Source: Octopus sinensis (Eukaryota). Taken from it: DNA of 64,000 nt. Within the stretch, counting starts at the first letter, position 1. Each line of letters starts with the position of its first letter. The notes beneath the pieces were generated by a model. It was not told the origin of the DNA. It was given only the letters and a program-made list of their open reading frames with translations, and searched no databases. The translations under genes were made by a program, and so were the position numbers. The stretch lies in the NCBI RefSeq assembly GCF_006345805.1, contig NC_042998.1:52204001-52268000 (forward strand), in the 5' to 3' direction. Of the stretch, positions 52,325 through 64,000 are shown one piece after another.

Positions 52325-52705
52325 TTTGTTTGTTTCAGTCATTTGACTGTGGCCATGCTGGAGCACCGCCTTTAGTTGAACAGATTAACCTGAGGACTTA
52401 TTCTTTGGAAGCCTAGTACTTATTCTATAGGTCTCTTTTGCTGAACCGCTAAATTATGGGGACGTAAACACACCAACATCGGTTGTCAAGCAATGGTGGG
52501 AGGACAAACACAGACACACAAATACATATACAGACACATATACGATGAGCTTCTTTCAGTTTCCATCTTTCAGTTTCCATCACAAGGCTTTGGTTGGCCT
52601 GAGGCTGTAGTAGAAGACACTTGCCCAAGATGCCACACAGTGGGACTGAACCCAGAACCACGTGGTTGGGAAGCAAGTTACTTACCACGCAACCACTCCT
52701 GTGCC
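52325..52705 (-). mobile_element. SINE family A, full length
   Basis: Reverse-complement copy; head at about 52700. Confidence 0.85.
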
Positions 52706-52789
52706 TATACATGCACACATTTATCAACGGTTTATTTGCTCCACCAGAGTAAGTGAAATAGCTATGACTTGAATTGAAATCAAACCTAG

Positions 52790-53180
52790 GGACAGGCATG
52801 GCTCTGCAGTAAGAAGTTTGCTTCTTAACCAGGGGTTCTGTCCCACTGTATAGCACGTTGGGCAAGTGTCTTCTGCTCTTGCCTTGGACTGACCAAAGCT
52901 CTGTGAATGGATTTGGTACATGAAGACTGAAAGAATCCCATCATATATCTGTGAGTTTGTGATTGTGTATATATTTGTGTCTGTTTGTCTCCTACCACCA
53001 CTTGACAACTGGCGTTGGTGTGTTTATGCTCTTGTAACTTAGGGATTCGGGAAAAGGGACCATTTAAATAATTACCAGGCTTATAAAAACTAAGTAAAGG
53101 GGTTGATTCATTTAACTAGAATTCTTGAAGTCAGTGCCCCAGTATAGCCGCAGTCTAATGTCTAAAACAAGTTTTAAAAA
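52790..53180 (+). mobile_element. SINE family A, diverged
   Basis: gcatggctctgcagtaagaagtttgcttc...ttgggcaagtgtcttct...cagtatagccgcagtctaatg. Confidence 0.75.
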
Positions 53181-53398
53181 AAGGGCTATGGACTTAGTTT
53201 GCCTGGGGTTTCCTATCTACAGCATGGTGGTTATCAGTTGTCTAATAAACACAGGCCTGCTAGCTATATTGGAGAGAATAACTATTATACGCTTCTTGTT
53301 ATGCTAAAAACAAGTTTACTAAGGTGTAAGCTTTAAATACAAGCACACAACCCCCAACACCTAAACTCCTTCACACATATACTTATGTGTTCATATAC

Positions 53399-53477
<79 letters not shown>

Positions 53478-53887
53478 CACATACACATATACATATATAT
53501 ATATATATATACATCTTATAAATAAGGGCTAAAGAAAATTATTTCTATGCCAATATGCTGATAACAGACTTTTAAATCGTCAATTTCCACATATTATTTA
53601 CTTGCTACAGAAAACACATAAGTTGTTTATAATTTTAATCATAAAGGTATTTTAATATGCTGCCACATTTTTTGATGGAATTTTTTCTGTAAAAAAACTT
53701 CATCCTATATTAGTAGTAGACATATATACATCTATATATATGAGAGGTATTGGTATTTAGAAGACCCAATGGGGCAGGTAACGATATGTAAGTGCTATGG
53801 AAGGACCATAGTTAAACTCTCGGTTTGATAATGATACAAGTGAGGAGTCTAATGCGGGTCTTGTATGTGCATGTATATGATAAATAA

Positions 53888-54370
53888 AATGAGACAACAA
53901 AGCCAAGGCTGTGTGGAGTTGTCAGGAGATTTATAAAGAGAAAGTTAGTCTTACAGCTGTTTCAGGGATATTTCAGAGACGAAGTGAGATGGTTAAATAG
54001 AGGGAAATATTAGAGTTCAATATAGGAGTTATTTTGGAAAAGGAAGCAAATAAGGTGTATATAGGGAAATAGGAAAATAAATGTAGAAATAAAAATAAAA
54101 ATGCATAAACTGTAACAGGAACTGCAACTATAATATCTTTATACATTTTATTTTTATTTACATTCAGTCTCCTATTTCCCTATATTCGCCTTATTTGTTT
54201 CCTTTTCCAAAATAACTCCTATATTGAATTCTAATATTTCTTTCTATTTAACCATCTCACATCGTCTCTGATGAAGGGTATCCCTAATATCCCAGAAACA
54301 GCTGTAAGACTAACTTTCTCTTTGTAAATGTCCTGGAAACTCCATACAGACTTGGCTTTGTTGTCTCATT
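53888..54370. mobile_element. Foldback element 3 carrying a hammerhead ribozyme
   Basis: About 220-bp inverted arms around a loop of about 30 nt; the left arm lacks about 14 nt of the ribozyme core. Confidence 0.85.
54264..54310 (+). ncRNA. Minimal type I hammerhead ribozyme (predicted)
   Basis: gtct-CTGATGA-agggtat ccctaat atccca-GAAA-cagctg-TA-agac: stem I gtct/agac, palindromic stem III, GUA cleavage triplet after 54306; stem II closing pair is A:A here but A:T in the left-arm copy. Confidence 0.65.
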
Positions 54371-54529
54371 ATATTTAACAAACACACACACACACACACA
54401 CACATATACTATATGTATCAATGCATGCGTGTATTTATATATGTAAGGTACATACACACACACGTGCACACACACATATATATAAACATATATGTGTTTA
54501 TGTGTATGTGTGTACGCATGTACCTCTAA

Positions 54530-55800
54530 TACATCTCAGAGGCACTTTGGTCTGTATTAGTAGTGATAATGCTGTGATCTTAAGGAGTTTATGATCTTTC
54601 AACATCAGAACCTTTTGCCCATTTTGACTTAGCTGGAATTGACCAAGTCTTGCCTTGCATCTCAGCAGAAGAAAACTACAAGTCTGCCCTCTTTCTCTGC
54701 AGCTTCCCTGCAGTGACAGAACGTACTGCAACCTTTTTTGCTGCAGCATTAATTCCAAATCTTGACTGAAATTTGCAAATTGATCTCTCCACAAAATCTT
54801 GGCAACCAATCTCAGTTGGCTCCACTGTGTATCTGCTAACATTGCTTTCTTCTCTTTAAACCAGTTCCTGGTATTTTGTAGGCTTTCGCTCATGAGCCAC
54901 CTCCATGTGTTTTTCCAAAGACACTTTGTCAGTTCCAACATGATCAACTGTTTGGTGGAATCTTAAAAGATGACTTTATCTTCGATGAGTGTCTTTGCTA
55001 TGATGCACTCTGGGAACTTTAATTGTATAACAAGATTCACTTTCAGTTGTTAATCTTGGGCTGCGGAAGGTAAGTCCATTTACTGATGTTTCATTGGAAT
55101 GAACTTCTCCCCAGCTTTGAGTAAAAGAGATTGCTTTCTTCTCGTAGTAATGTCTGACTGTTGTGATCACCTCTACAACCACCTCGAGCATCTAATCATG
55201 TTGCCAGTATTTGTAAGCATCAGCTATGACTCAGAGGTGGTTGCTGTGGAAGTGCTGAAAGGCTCCCTTTTCATATGCAATTTATTATTATTGATATTAT
55301 TATTATTAAGGGGGTGAGCTGGCAGAATCGTTAGCATGCTGGGTGAAAGGCTTAGGAGCATCTCATTTGTCTTTACATTCTAAGTTCAAATTCCGCTGAG
55401 GTTGACTTTGCCTTTTATTCTTTCGAGGTCAATGAAATAAATACCAGTCAGGCACTGGGGTCAATGTGATCGACTTACACCTGCCACACTTCTTGGTCCA
55501 ACATCACTGCTTCGTGGTCCTGAATAAATTCCAGACCAGTGTCTGCAATCAAGTTGTTGATGTTAAGTGTGACCAATATTTTCTTCTTCCAACATCCCCA
55601 TGAAATGGGTTCCACAAGAATAATTTGGATGCTTCCCATTCAGGGTGGTGTAAACAAGGAGCAAGAGAGTACTTTACTTTTACCTTATATATGAAAGAGT
55701 TGTCACACTTGATTAAGGTGTTGAAGACTGCCGGCATTAAAAATCTGATGCAAAAGACATCAGCATTTTGATCTTCATCACATATTTTTATAACATCAGG
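54530..55800 (-). mobile_element. HERO/NeSL-type RLE non-LTR retrotransposon relic
   Basis: IRFLMPAVFNTL; KGSL.QHF...DAYKYWQHD*MLEVVVEVI; QLKVNLVIQLKFPECII; IMLELT; MEVAHERKPTKYQELV; EPTEIGC. Confidence 0.75.
55308..55485 (+). mobile_element. SINE family B nested in the HERO-type relic
   Basis: attattattaaggggtgagctggcagaatcgttagc...gaggttgactttgcc interrupts the retrotransposon frame. Confidence 0.8.
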
Positions 55801-56599
55801 TTGGATTTGAACCAGATATTTTTCTTTCTAAGTTAAGAGTAACAATACTCTTATCCACATGACCACTGGTGCTTTTGATTTAGAAATAAAGTTTTCTGGC
55901 TTGTAATCAGTTTTGTAATATAAACATACCACAGGATAAGACAATCATTGTTGATTAGAGATCAAACCAATTGAATTGTAGTATAGTGGTAAGTATTATA
56001 AATAGCTCTCAGCACTCTCTGTAAAGTGACTGGTATTAGGAAGAGCATCAAGTGATAGGAATCATGCCAAAGCAGACACTGGATTGATGTAGTCTTCTGG
56101 TTCATCAGTTCCTATAGAACTGTCTAACCCATGCTAGCAATGAAAACGAACATTAAACAAGGATGGTGATGATGATGATGATGATGATGATGATGTTCAT
56201 TTTCATGATATGAACAACTTGAAAAATTATAATCTTATTAACAACACATCTTAGATGTTTAGACATTTAACTTTCAGCTCCCACAAAATACTGCTTTTAA
56301 ATTTTGGTACATTACCAGCTGGTTCTTTTGGTGCTTATTTAATTGATCCTGAAAGGATGAAAGGCAAAGTTGGCCTCAGTGGAATTTGAACTCAGAATGA
56401 GAAGATGGATGAAATGCTGTTAAGCATTTTGCCTGCCATGCTAACAATCATGCCAGCTTGCCACCTTCTGCTCCCACAAAATACTTATATCAAAATGCAA
56501 GAGTGATATCATGGTCAAAGGATAGAACTGTTATAAAACTCTTCTTATTCAACTGTACTACTGAGATTCTTCAACTATCTTTAATTATCATTTACAATG

Positions 56600-56820
56600 A
56601 CTGTGTCATGTAAATGGCACCTGTGCCAGTGACATGTTAAAAGCACCCATTACACTCTTGGAGTGGTTGGCATTAGGAAGGGCATTCAACCGTAGAAACC
56701 ATGCCAAATCAGATTGGAACCTGGTGCAGCTCTCTGGTTTACCAGTTCTAGTCAAACTGTCTAACCCATGCCAGCATGGAAAGTGGACGTTAAATGATGA
56801 TGATGATGATGATGATGAAT
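56600..56820 (+). mobile_element. RTE-tail element (family C)
   Basis: gtggttggcattaggaagggcattc...ggaaagtggacgttaaa(tga)n. Confidence 0.8.
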
Positions 56821-57456
56821 GCCATCCATTAATATAGAAACAGTATAAGTTTGATGATGGAAAATCACAACAAATTCCAATGAAAACTTGTTAAAATATT
56901 TAGATAACTACTTGAAATTTCCTTTGATTAATTCCATTTACTCATCACACACAACCACGTGTACCCCCACTCCCATACCATGATGCTGCAAACAGCATCA
57001 TGAAGCTTACATTAAACGATTCATCAAAGTAGAAATCATTTAATATACATTTAACTGTAACCGAGAAATTTTTGTTGTAACCAGACAATTAAACAGCTTG
57101 CATAGTTGCATCACTATGGTTTTTTTTTTCTCTGTGTACGGAAACTCCTGAAAAGAAACTAAATCAACAAGTTGCGGTGATTTAATCAGTCATACATCAA
57201 GCCAATGTTGCATTCTAGCTGCAATTCAAACTACAAATTTTCTAACAGATTGAAAGGTATTAATTTTACATCATAACAAAAATAATCATTTACAGAATTT
57301 TTCATTGCATTATAGAAATTAAAACATTTACATTCATTGTTTTTGCACTTATTTTTCAAATCCCTACCAAAACTATAAATTGGTAATTAATTCAGAGTAT
57401 AAAACCATGCAAATTTCATATATGTTTTGAATCAACCAATAATAAAAGATGGCAGT

Positions 57457-57660
57457 AAGGCGGTGAGCTGGCAGAAACCTTAGCACACCGGGTGAAATGC
57501 TTAGTGGTATTTCATCTGTCTTTACATTCTGAGTTCAAATTCCGGTTGACTTTGCCTTTCATCCTTTCGCAGTTAATAAATTAAGTACTAGTTGGGGTTG
57601 ATCTAATCGACTGCCTCCCCACCACCAAAAAAGAATAAAATTTCAGGCCTTGTGCCAAGA
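57457..57660 (+). mobile_element. SINE family B
   Basis: aaggcggtgagctggcagaaaccttagcacaccgggtgaaatgcttag... Confidence 0.8.
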
Positions 57661-58334
57661 GTAGAAAAGAATAAGATATGGTGGTAGTGGTGGTGGTGGT
57701 GGTGGTAGTGATGATGGTGGTATCAGTAGAGATGTGGTAGCAACAGATGCTTTTTATTTTATTTTAGCAATTTTTTTTATGATTGGTTGGGATGCTTGAT
57801 GAAGCATATCCTTGAGCAGATGTGATAAGCAAGAGAAAAGATTGGATATTGAATTAAGATACTGAGGTTAAGATTTCATTGCCTCCATATTACTCAGCTT
57901 TCCAAATTTTATCTAAAACTTTTGAACTTCATTGCTTAAGTAAACTGTAAGAATGGTTGTCTTCGACAGACGTGTAAACGACCGTGAAGTGAGGTGATAA
58001 GAATGACTCCTTTGCACATCACATGGTCGATACAATAAATATGAAAAGAATAAATGTGTATATGTGCCAGAAAGAAAAGAGAGACACAACCGGGTAGAAT
58101 GTTTAAGAGAAGATTTTATTTATATGTTAACATGTGTGGTCAGTAGCTAGACCTTAAAAGATCTGGAACTGAAAGACCTCGACTTGATGTGAAGCTAGAG
58201 TTTTATAGCGTGCAGTCGATTCACCGGATGTTTAGAAGAGAAGGTCTCATGTGACCATATCAGAAGGCTGTAATTAGTTGTGTTGCATATTGGCATGCAA
58301 TAGAGCAAGAGACAAGTTGCGCCAATGCCAACCA

Positions 58335-58940
58335 AGTTGTGGCAACATGGCCAGGTAGTGAAAGTGCAACATTGGAAACTGTGCAAAAAGTGGGGGCTAG
58401 AGAGAGACAAGATGTGGTATGAGCACAAACCACAGAGAGTAGCAGAGTCGGAGACTAGCAAAATCCTCTGGGATTTCTCAATCCAAACAGATCAGATGCT
58501 AGAGCATAATGGACCTAGTGGTGGTGGACAAGGTGCACCACATGTGCTATACAGTTGATGTTGCATGCTCCTTTGACACATGAATAGTCAAGAAAGAAGA
58601 TGAAAAGATAGATAGATAGATACAACCCTCTTAAGTACAAAATAACCTGGATATGGAAAATGAAGAAGGTGAAGATAGTGCCAATTATAGTTGGGTCCTG
58701 AGGAATAGTATCAGAAGGCATCAAGAGGAATATAGAGGATATTGGAATAGAGTACCCAGTAGAACTGTTAGAAAGAGTTTGCATTCTTGGCATGGCCAGA
58801 ATAACTAGGGAAGTATTAGATAGCTGAAAAGAGCAAATAGCCTGGTACTGTAGGCTGCAGGTAGTAAACCTGCTATGCATGCAAGACTCCAGGAGCTCCA
58901 ACAAAACCTGTGATAAAGAGAAAATAACAACAATAATAAT
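58335..58940 (+). mobile_element. R4/Dong-type RLE retrotransposon 3' end
   Basis: HGQVVKVQHWKLCKKWGL...WYEHKP...KILWDFSIQTDQMLEHN / DLVVVDK...DVAC..D...KEDEKI..Y...IVPIIVG; stop at 58825-58827; AAT-rich tail. Confidence 0.8.
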
Positions 58941-58949
58941 GAAAATGAT

Positions 58950-59400
58950 AATAATTTTAGCACAAGGCAAACAGTTTCAGGGAAGGTGGGTTACATGATC
59001 ACATCGACCCTAGTACTTGACTGGTACTTTATTTTATTGATCCTGAAAGGATGAGAGGTAAAGCTGGTCCCGGCAGGGTTTGAACTCAGAATGTAAAGAG
59101 CTGGAAGAAATGGTACTAAGTATTTTGTTTGATGCACTAACTATTCTGCCAGCTTCACTGCCTTAATGATAGTAATTATAATGATAATAGTAGTTTCAAA
59201 TTTTAACACAAGGCCAGCAATTTCTAGGGAGTGGGTAAGTCAATTATTCTGGCCCCAGTGCTCCACTGGTACCTATTTTATCAACACCGAATGGATGAAA
59301 GGTAAAGTCAACCTTGGCAGAATTTGACCTGAGAATGTAAAAACAGCCAAAATGCCACTAAGCATTTCGTCTGGTGTGCTAACAATTCTGCCAGATCACT
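58950..59400 (-). mobile_element. Two tandem SINE family B copies
   Basis: cacaagg...ctggtact.attttat...gaaagg.aaag repeated at about 58960 and 59205. Confidence 0.75.
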
Positions 59401-59603
59401 GTCTTAATTATAATGATAATAATATAAATAATGAGCCTTTCTGTATGTCCTGTAAAAACCTATTGATGGTACCCATAGTTGATGTAATTTCCATTGATCA
59501 AGCTAAAGCATGTATTGGTGTCTGCTTAGTCTTCAATATTGAGGGTTTGGGAAACTGTCAAGCTGACATGGCAGTAAACACATCATCAATAAACTCTTAC
59601 CAC

Positions 59604-59651
<48 letters not shown>

Positions 59652-60156
59652 GGTGGAATTGGCATAAAAAAATATATAAATGCAACTAGCAGGAGCTTCT
59701 GGAGGTTGCTGTTCTAATAGTCAAAGCCTTGGAAAGTGGGTGGGGAAATCCCTTTGACTTTGATCTCGGAAGCTGGCAATGCAGAAATCTCTCTTTATAG
59801 TAACACATCATCCATCTGTAAAGGTGGCAAATGGCTGAGTGCAGGAGAAGAGTAACTGACCATTGCAAAGTAAGAGGGTAAAAAGAGTAGGGGAGGGATA
59901 AAAAGAAAATGAAAAAATGTGAAAATGTGTCAAAAACGAGATGAGGATTCCACTCAACAGGAGAACATGAAGTACACAATTCTGAGATAACACTTGAGTT
60001 CTTACAAAATTAATAATGAAGGTGATGAGTAGTAAAAGGTGAAGCATTAGTGGCTGTTATGTAGGAGACAAGCTAATAATAAGAGGCTAGTGAAGGCTAT
60101 AACAATAATTTACTATACTATAATATGTTTAGTATTGTATAGTAAATTTACAATAG

Positions 60157-60510
60157 GTGTAGGAGTGGTTGTGTGGTAAGTAGCTTGCTTACGAACCACA
60201 TGGTTCTGGGTTCAGTCCCACTCTGTTGCACCTTAGAAAAGAGTCTTCAACTATAGCCTCGGGCTGACCAAAGCCTTGTGAGTGGATTTGGTAGAGGAAA
60301 ACTGAAAGATGCCCATCGTATATATGTATATATATGTATGTGTGTGTGTATATGTGTGTGTGTCTGTTTGTCCCCCCCAATATTGCTTAACAACCGATGC
60401 TGGTGTGTTTATGTCCCTGTAAGTCCTGGAGTCGATTTGCTTGACTAAAGGCAGTGCTCCAGCATGGCCACAGTCACATGACTGAAACAAGTAAAAGAGT
60501 AAAAGAGAGA
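60157..60510 (+). mobile_element. SINE family A with internal deletion
   Basis: Head taggagtggttgtgtggtaagtagcttgc; gtccctgtaagtcctgg junction removes the middle. Confidence 0.85.
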
Positions 60511-60889
60511 GAGAGAGTACTATGTAAAAGAAGCACTCAGAAAGCATTGGATGCCTTTTGGGGGTTGCAACCAATTTCAGGATTAAAGGTATGACCTGAA
60601 TTAGTTGTGTTGGTGGGTTACCTAATTTATGTTTCATGTTTTTAAATTATGTCTTGTTTTATTTATTATGTCTTTATATAATGGTTTATTTATTCTGTAG
60701 GTTCATTGATTTCTATGAAAATCATATGTTCATTTTAAAATCTTCTTACTCTTTCCCTCATTTTTATATAATATTGTCTTATTCATCCCTGCATATCTCT
60801 TTATGATCCCTTGTGTTTAATGCTTAATCATGTTTTGTTTTGGTTCTTTGTGTTTTGTGTTCATATCTCTCCAAAGTCCATTCTTGCCT

Positions 60890-61159
60890 TTCCTCCTCCT
60901 CCTCCTCCTCCTCCTCCTCCTCCTCCGCCACCACCATCATCATTATCATTACCACTACCACTACCTCTGCTTCCTCTTCCTCCTCCTCGTTTGCTCCTTC
61001 CTCCTCCTCGTTTGCTTCTTTTTCCTCCTCTGCTTCTTCTTCTGCTTCTTCTTCTTCCTCCTCTGCTTCTCCTTATTCCTCCTCCTTGTCTGCTGCCTCC
61101 TCCGCTTCGTCCCATCTCCTACTCCTCACCTTACGCTCCACATATCCTTCTCCCCATCT

Positions 61160-61190
<31 letters not shown>

Positions 61191-61326
61191 CATCAACATC
61201 ATCATCATCCTCATCATCATCATCATTATTGTCATTGTCCGTTTGCTTTTACATGTCTTTGCTTATTCCTCATCTTACCCTCTACATTTCCTTCTCCCCA
61301 TCTTCATCATCATCTTCATCATCATC

Positions 61327-61361
<35 letters not shown>

Positions 61362-61440
61362 AATCATCATCATCATAATCATCATCATCATAGTCATCAT
61401 CATCGTCATTGTCCGTTTGCTTTTACATGTCTTTGCCTAC
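60890..61440. repeat. CCT/TCT/CAT low-complexity block with internal duplication
   Basis: ttgtcattgtccgtttgcttttacatgtctttgc occurs at about 61228 and 61406. Confidence 0.9.
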
Positions 61441-62079
61441 TCATTTATTTTAATGGCATACTTCCTTTTTCACCAAAAACGAAGCAAACTGTAACACCTT
61501 TTTTTTTTATGAAGCTTCTTCCATTTCAAATCTATTATTTAACAGAATTTTTTCTTTTGTATAAAATGAAAGACACATTTTTAGGATTTTATGAACACAA
61601 TTTTTTTTTTATTCCTCTCCATCAACATGTCTAAGAAGATCACTTTGATTAATGAAAATGTATAGTTAAGAAAAGAAAAGAAAAAAAACAATTAAGAGAA
61701 AAAAATTCTATTAGTATGGTAACTGTTATCTTGTTTCAAAAAGAATGGTGAGACAGAATCACTTAAAACAAAACAATGAATAATAAAGGTTACCTCATGA
61801 AAACGAGCATCAAAATTTACTGCTGAAGCTCAACAGTCTGTCTGTCTGTCTTTGCTGTCAACAATGTGCACAAACACAAATATATAATAGATGAGTGAGT
61901 GCATGCTGGTGGTGCTTACAAGCATGTAAGGAAAAGGTACTCAATATGTGGTGTAGAGTAAGGTGGCGAGCTGGCAGAATTGTTAGCATGCTGAGCAAAA
62001 AGGCTTAATGGTAATTCGTTGACTTTGCGTACGGAGTTCAGATTCTGCCGAGATCCACTTTGCTTTTTATCCCTTTATC

Positions 62080-62420
62080 CTCCTCCTCCTCCTCCTCATG
62101 ATCATGATCATCATGATCATCATCATCATCATCATCACCATCATCACCATCATCACCATCACCACCATCATCATCATCATCATCACCATCACCATCATCA
62201 TCATCATCATCATAATCATCATCATCATCATCATCATCACCATCACCATCATCATCATCATCATCATCTTCATCATCCTCATCATCATTTAACGTCCACT
62301 CTCCATGTTGGCATGAGAGTGTAGTAGGTGCTTTTTATGTGTTACTGGTATGGGGGCCAGTCAGGCAGCATTGGCATTGACCATGCTCAAATGGTGCTTT
62401 TTACATGCCACCGGCAGAGT
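62080..62420 (-). mobile_element. Family C element with about 200-bp CAT/CAC tail
   Basis: CAT run 62085-62288 abuts ttaacgtccactctccatgttggcatg. Confidence 0.75.
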
Positions 62421-62652
62421 AGTGCAGAGTAAGATGGCATGATGACTGAATTGTTAGCATGCCAGGCAAAAGGTTTAGCAGCATTTTGGTCATCTTTACC
62501 TACTGAGTCCAAATTCTGCCTAGGTTGACTTTGCCTTTCCTCCTTTCAGGGTTGATAGAATAAGTACCAGTTGAGCACTGGGTTCAATGTAATCAACTTA
62601 ACCCTTCTCTGAAATTACTGGCTTTTTTGCCAAAACTTGAAGCCAGTAGTAC

Positions 62653-62912
62653 AAGGAAGATAGTCTATCTCAAATCCCTGGGGAAACCAGAAGAGGACCT
62701 GAAGTGATCAAAGGTGAAGGAATAAGAAGGATGTTGGGTATTTTGGTGGTCTCCCATGGAGTACAAGGCTGTTGATCGTCCTATATTTAGTTGTTGTTTC
62801 TCATTTATTAACAAGGATTATACATAAACTCATTGTGTGCCCACTCCTTCATCTTTGATCCCTTCAGTTTCTCTTCTGGTTTCCCCAGTGATTCAAGATG
62901 GACTATCTCCTT
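62653..62912. repeat. Inverted-repeat element, about 70-bp arms
   Basis: agatagtc.atct..aatc.ctggggaaaccagaagag...ctgaag.gatcaaag.tgaagga mirrored at 62843-62912. Confidence 0.75.
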
Positions 62913-62924
62913 TATGCTATTGGC

Positions 62925-63130
62925 CTCAAATATTGGCACATAGCCAGTAATTTCAGGGAGGCATTAAGTCGATTACATCAACCCCAGTGCTCAACTGGTA
63001 CATATTTTATCAACCTTAAAAGGATGAAAGTCAAAGTCAACCTTGACAGAATTTGAACTCAGAATGCAAAGTTGGATGGAATATTGCTAAGCATTTTGCC
63101 CGATGTGCTAATGATTCAGCCAACTTGCTA
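62925..63130 (-). mobile_element. SINE family B
   Basis: ttggcacatagccagtaatttcaggga...gcattttgcccgatgtgctaatgattcagccaac. Confidence 0.8.
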
Positions 63131-63465
63131 CCTTATCTTCCTTATACCATTAACAATCCTTTCATATTTTGCAAGTGTTACTCATTTTCACAATTGGTTT
63201 TGATCCCACGCAATCTTACAATATCAAGTAACAGCTGCTGCTAATATGTTGTTGATAGCCTACGCTGGCAAGCAGTCACTCTGTTCATCAAAGTTTCAGC
63301 CATTGGCATAAATCTGTAATGTGTTTTCAATATAGGTTATTACAAATGAATCCTTTCATATAAGCAATTTGTCCATTTAAGTTGAGGACTTCCATCTCTT
63401 GATGAATTTTCTTCGTTATATATATTCATCTCTTGATATTAAAATCATTAATATTCAACAATATA

Positions 63466-63880
63466 GGCGTAGGTGTGGCTGTTTGGTAAGTAGCTTGCTT
63501 ACCAACCACATGGTTCCGGGTTCAGTCCCACTGCATGGCACTTTGGGCAAATGTCTTCTACTATAACCTTGGGCTGACCAAAGCCTTGTGAGTGGATTTG
63601 GTAGACGGAAACTGAAAGAAGCCTGTCATATATATGTATATATGTATATATATGTATGTGTGTTTGTGTATATGTTTGTATGTCTGTGTTTGTCTCCCCA
63701 ACATCACTTGACAACCAATGCTGGTGTGTTTACATCCCCGTAACTTAGCGGTTCGGCAAAAGAGACCGATAGAATAAGTACTAGGCTTACAAAGAATAAG
63801 TCCTGTGGTCGATTTGCTAGACTAAAGGTGGTGCTCCAGCATGGCCACAGTCAAATAACTGAAACAAGTAAAAGAGTAAA
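63466..63880 (+). mobile_element. SINE family A, full length
   Basis: Complete head-to-tail copy. Confidence 0.9.
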
Positions 63881-64000
63881 AAAGTAATTGCAGATGTTGT
63901 ACTTGAGACCAAATTCTCTTTCTCCAGATGATTGTATGAGAACCATGATAGCTGAAATTTGCAATGGCATTTTTAAGTGTTATAATTCTTATTTGGAACA

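Overview
AT-rich, repeat-dense animal genomic DNA. The SINE families and heavy (TA)n/(CA)n/(CAT)n/(GATA)n load match what I recall of Octopus (coleoid cephalopod) genomes; this is recognition from memory, not a database result. Most ORFs in the supplied track are microsatellite or SINE artefacts. The real content is: (1) dozens of SINE copies from about four families, some with intact target-site duplications; (2) decayed retrotransposons, namely RTE LINE pieces (including a 2.1-kb tandemly reiterated RTE 3' UTR), two HERO/NeSL-type and three R4/Dong-type RLE elements, a CR1/L2 piece and three Penelope-like (GIY-YIG) relics; (3) DNA transposon relics and MITEs (mariner, pogo/Tc2-like, piggyBac, hAT, Helitron/Helentron); and (4) a few short + strand candidate exons of an unidentified gene, including a possible 13-nt microexon. 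The most striking pattern is three sequence-unrelated head-to-head foldback elements (about 13.4, 34.3 and 54.1 kb). Each carries a minimal hammerhead-ribozyme-like fold in the same outward-facing geometry, most likely as non-autonomous Penelope pseudo-LTR derivatives. I found no rRNA, intact tRNA, CRISPR array or intact transposase/RT gene.
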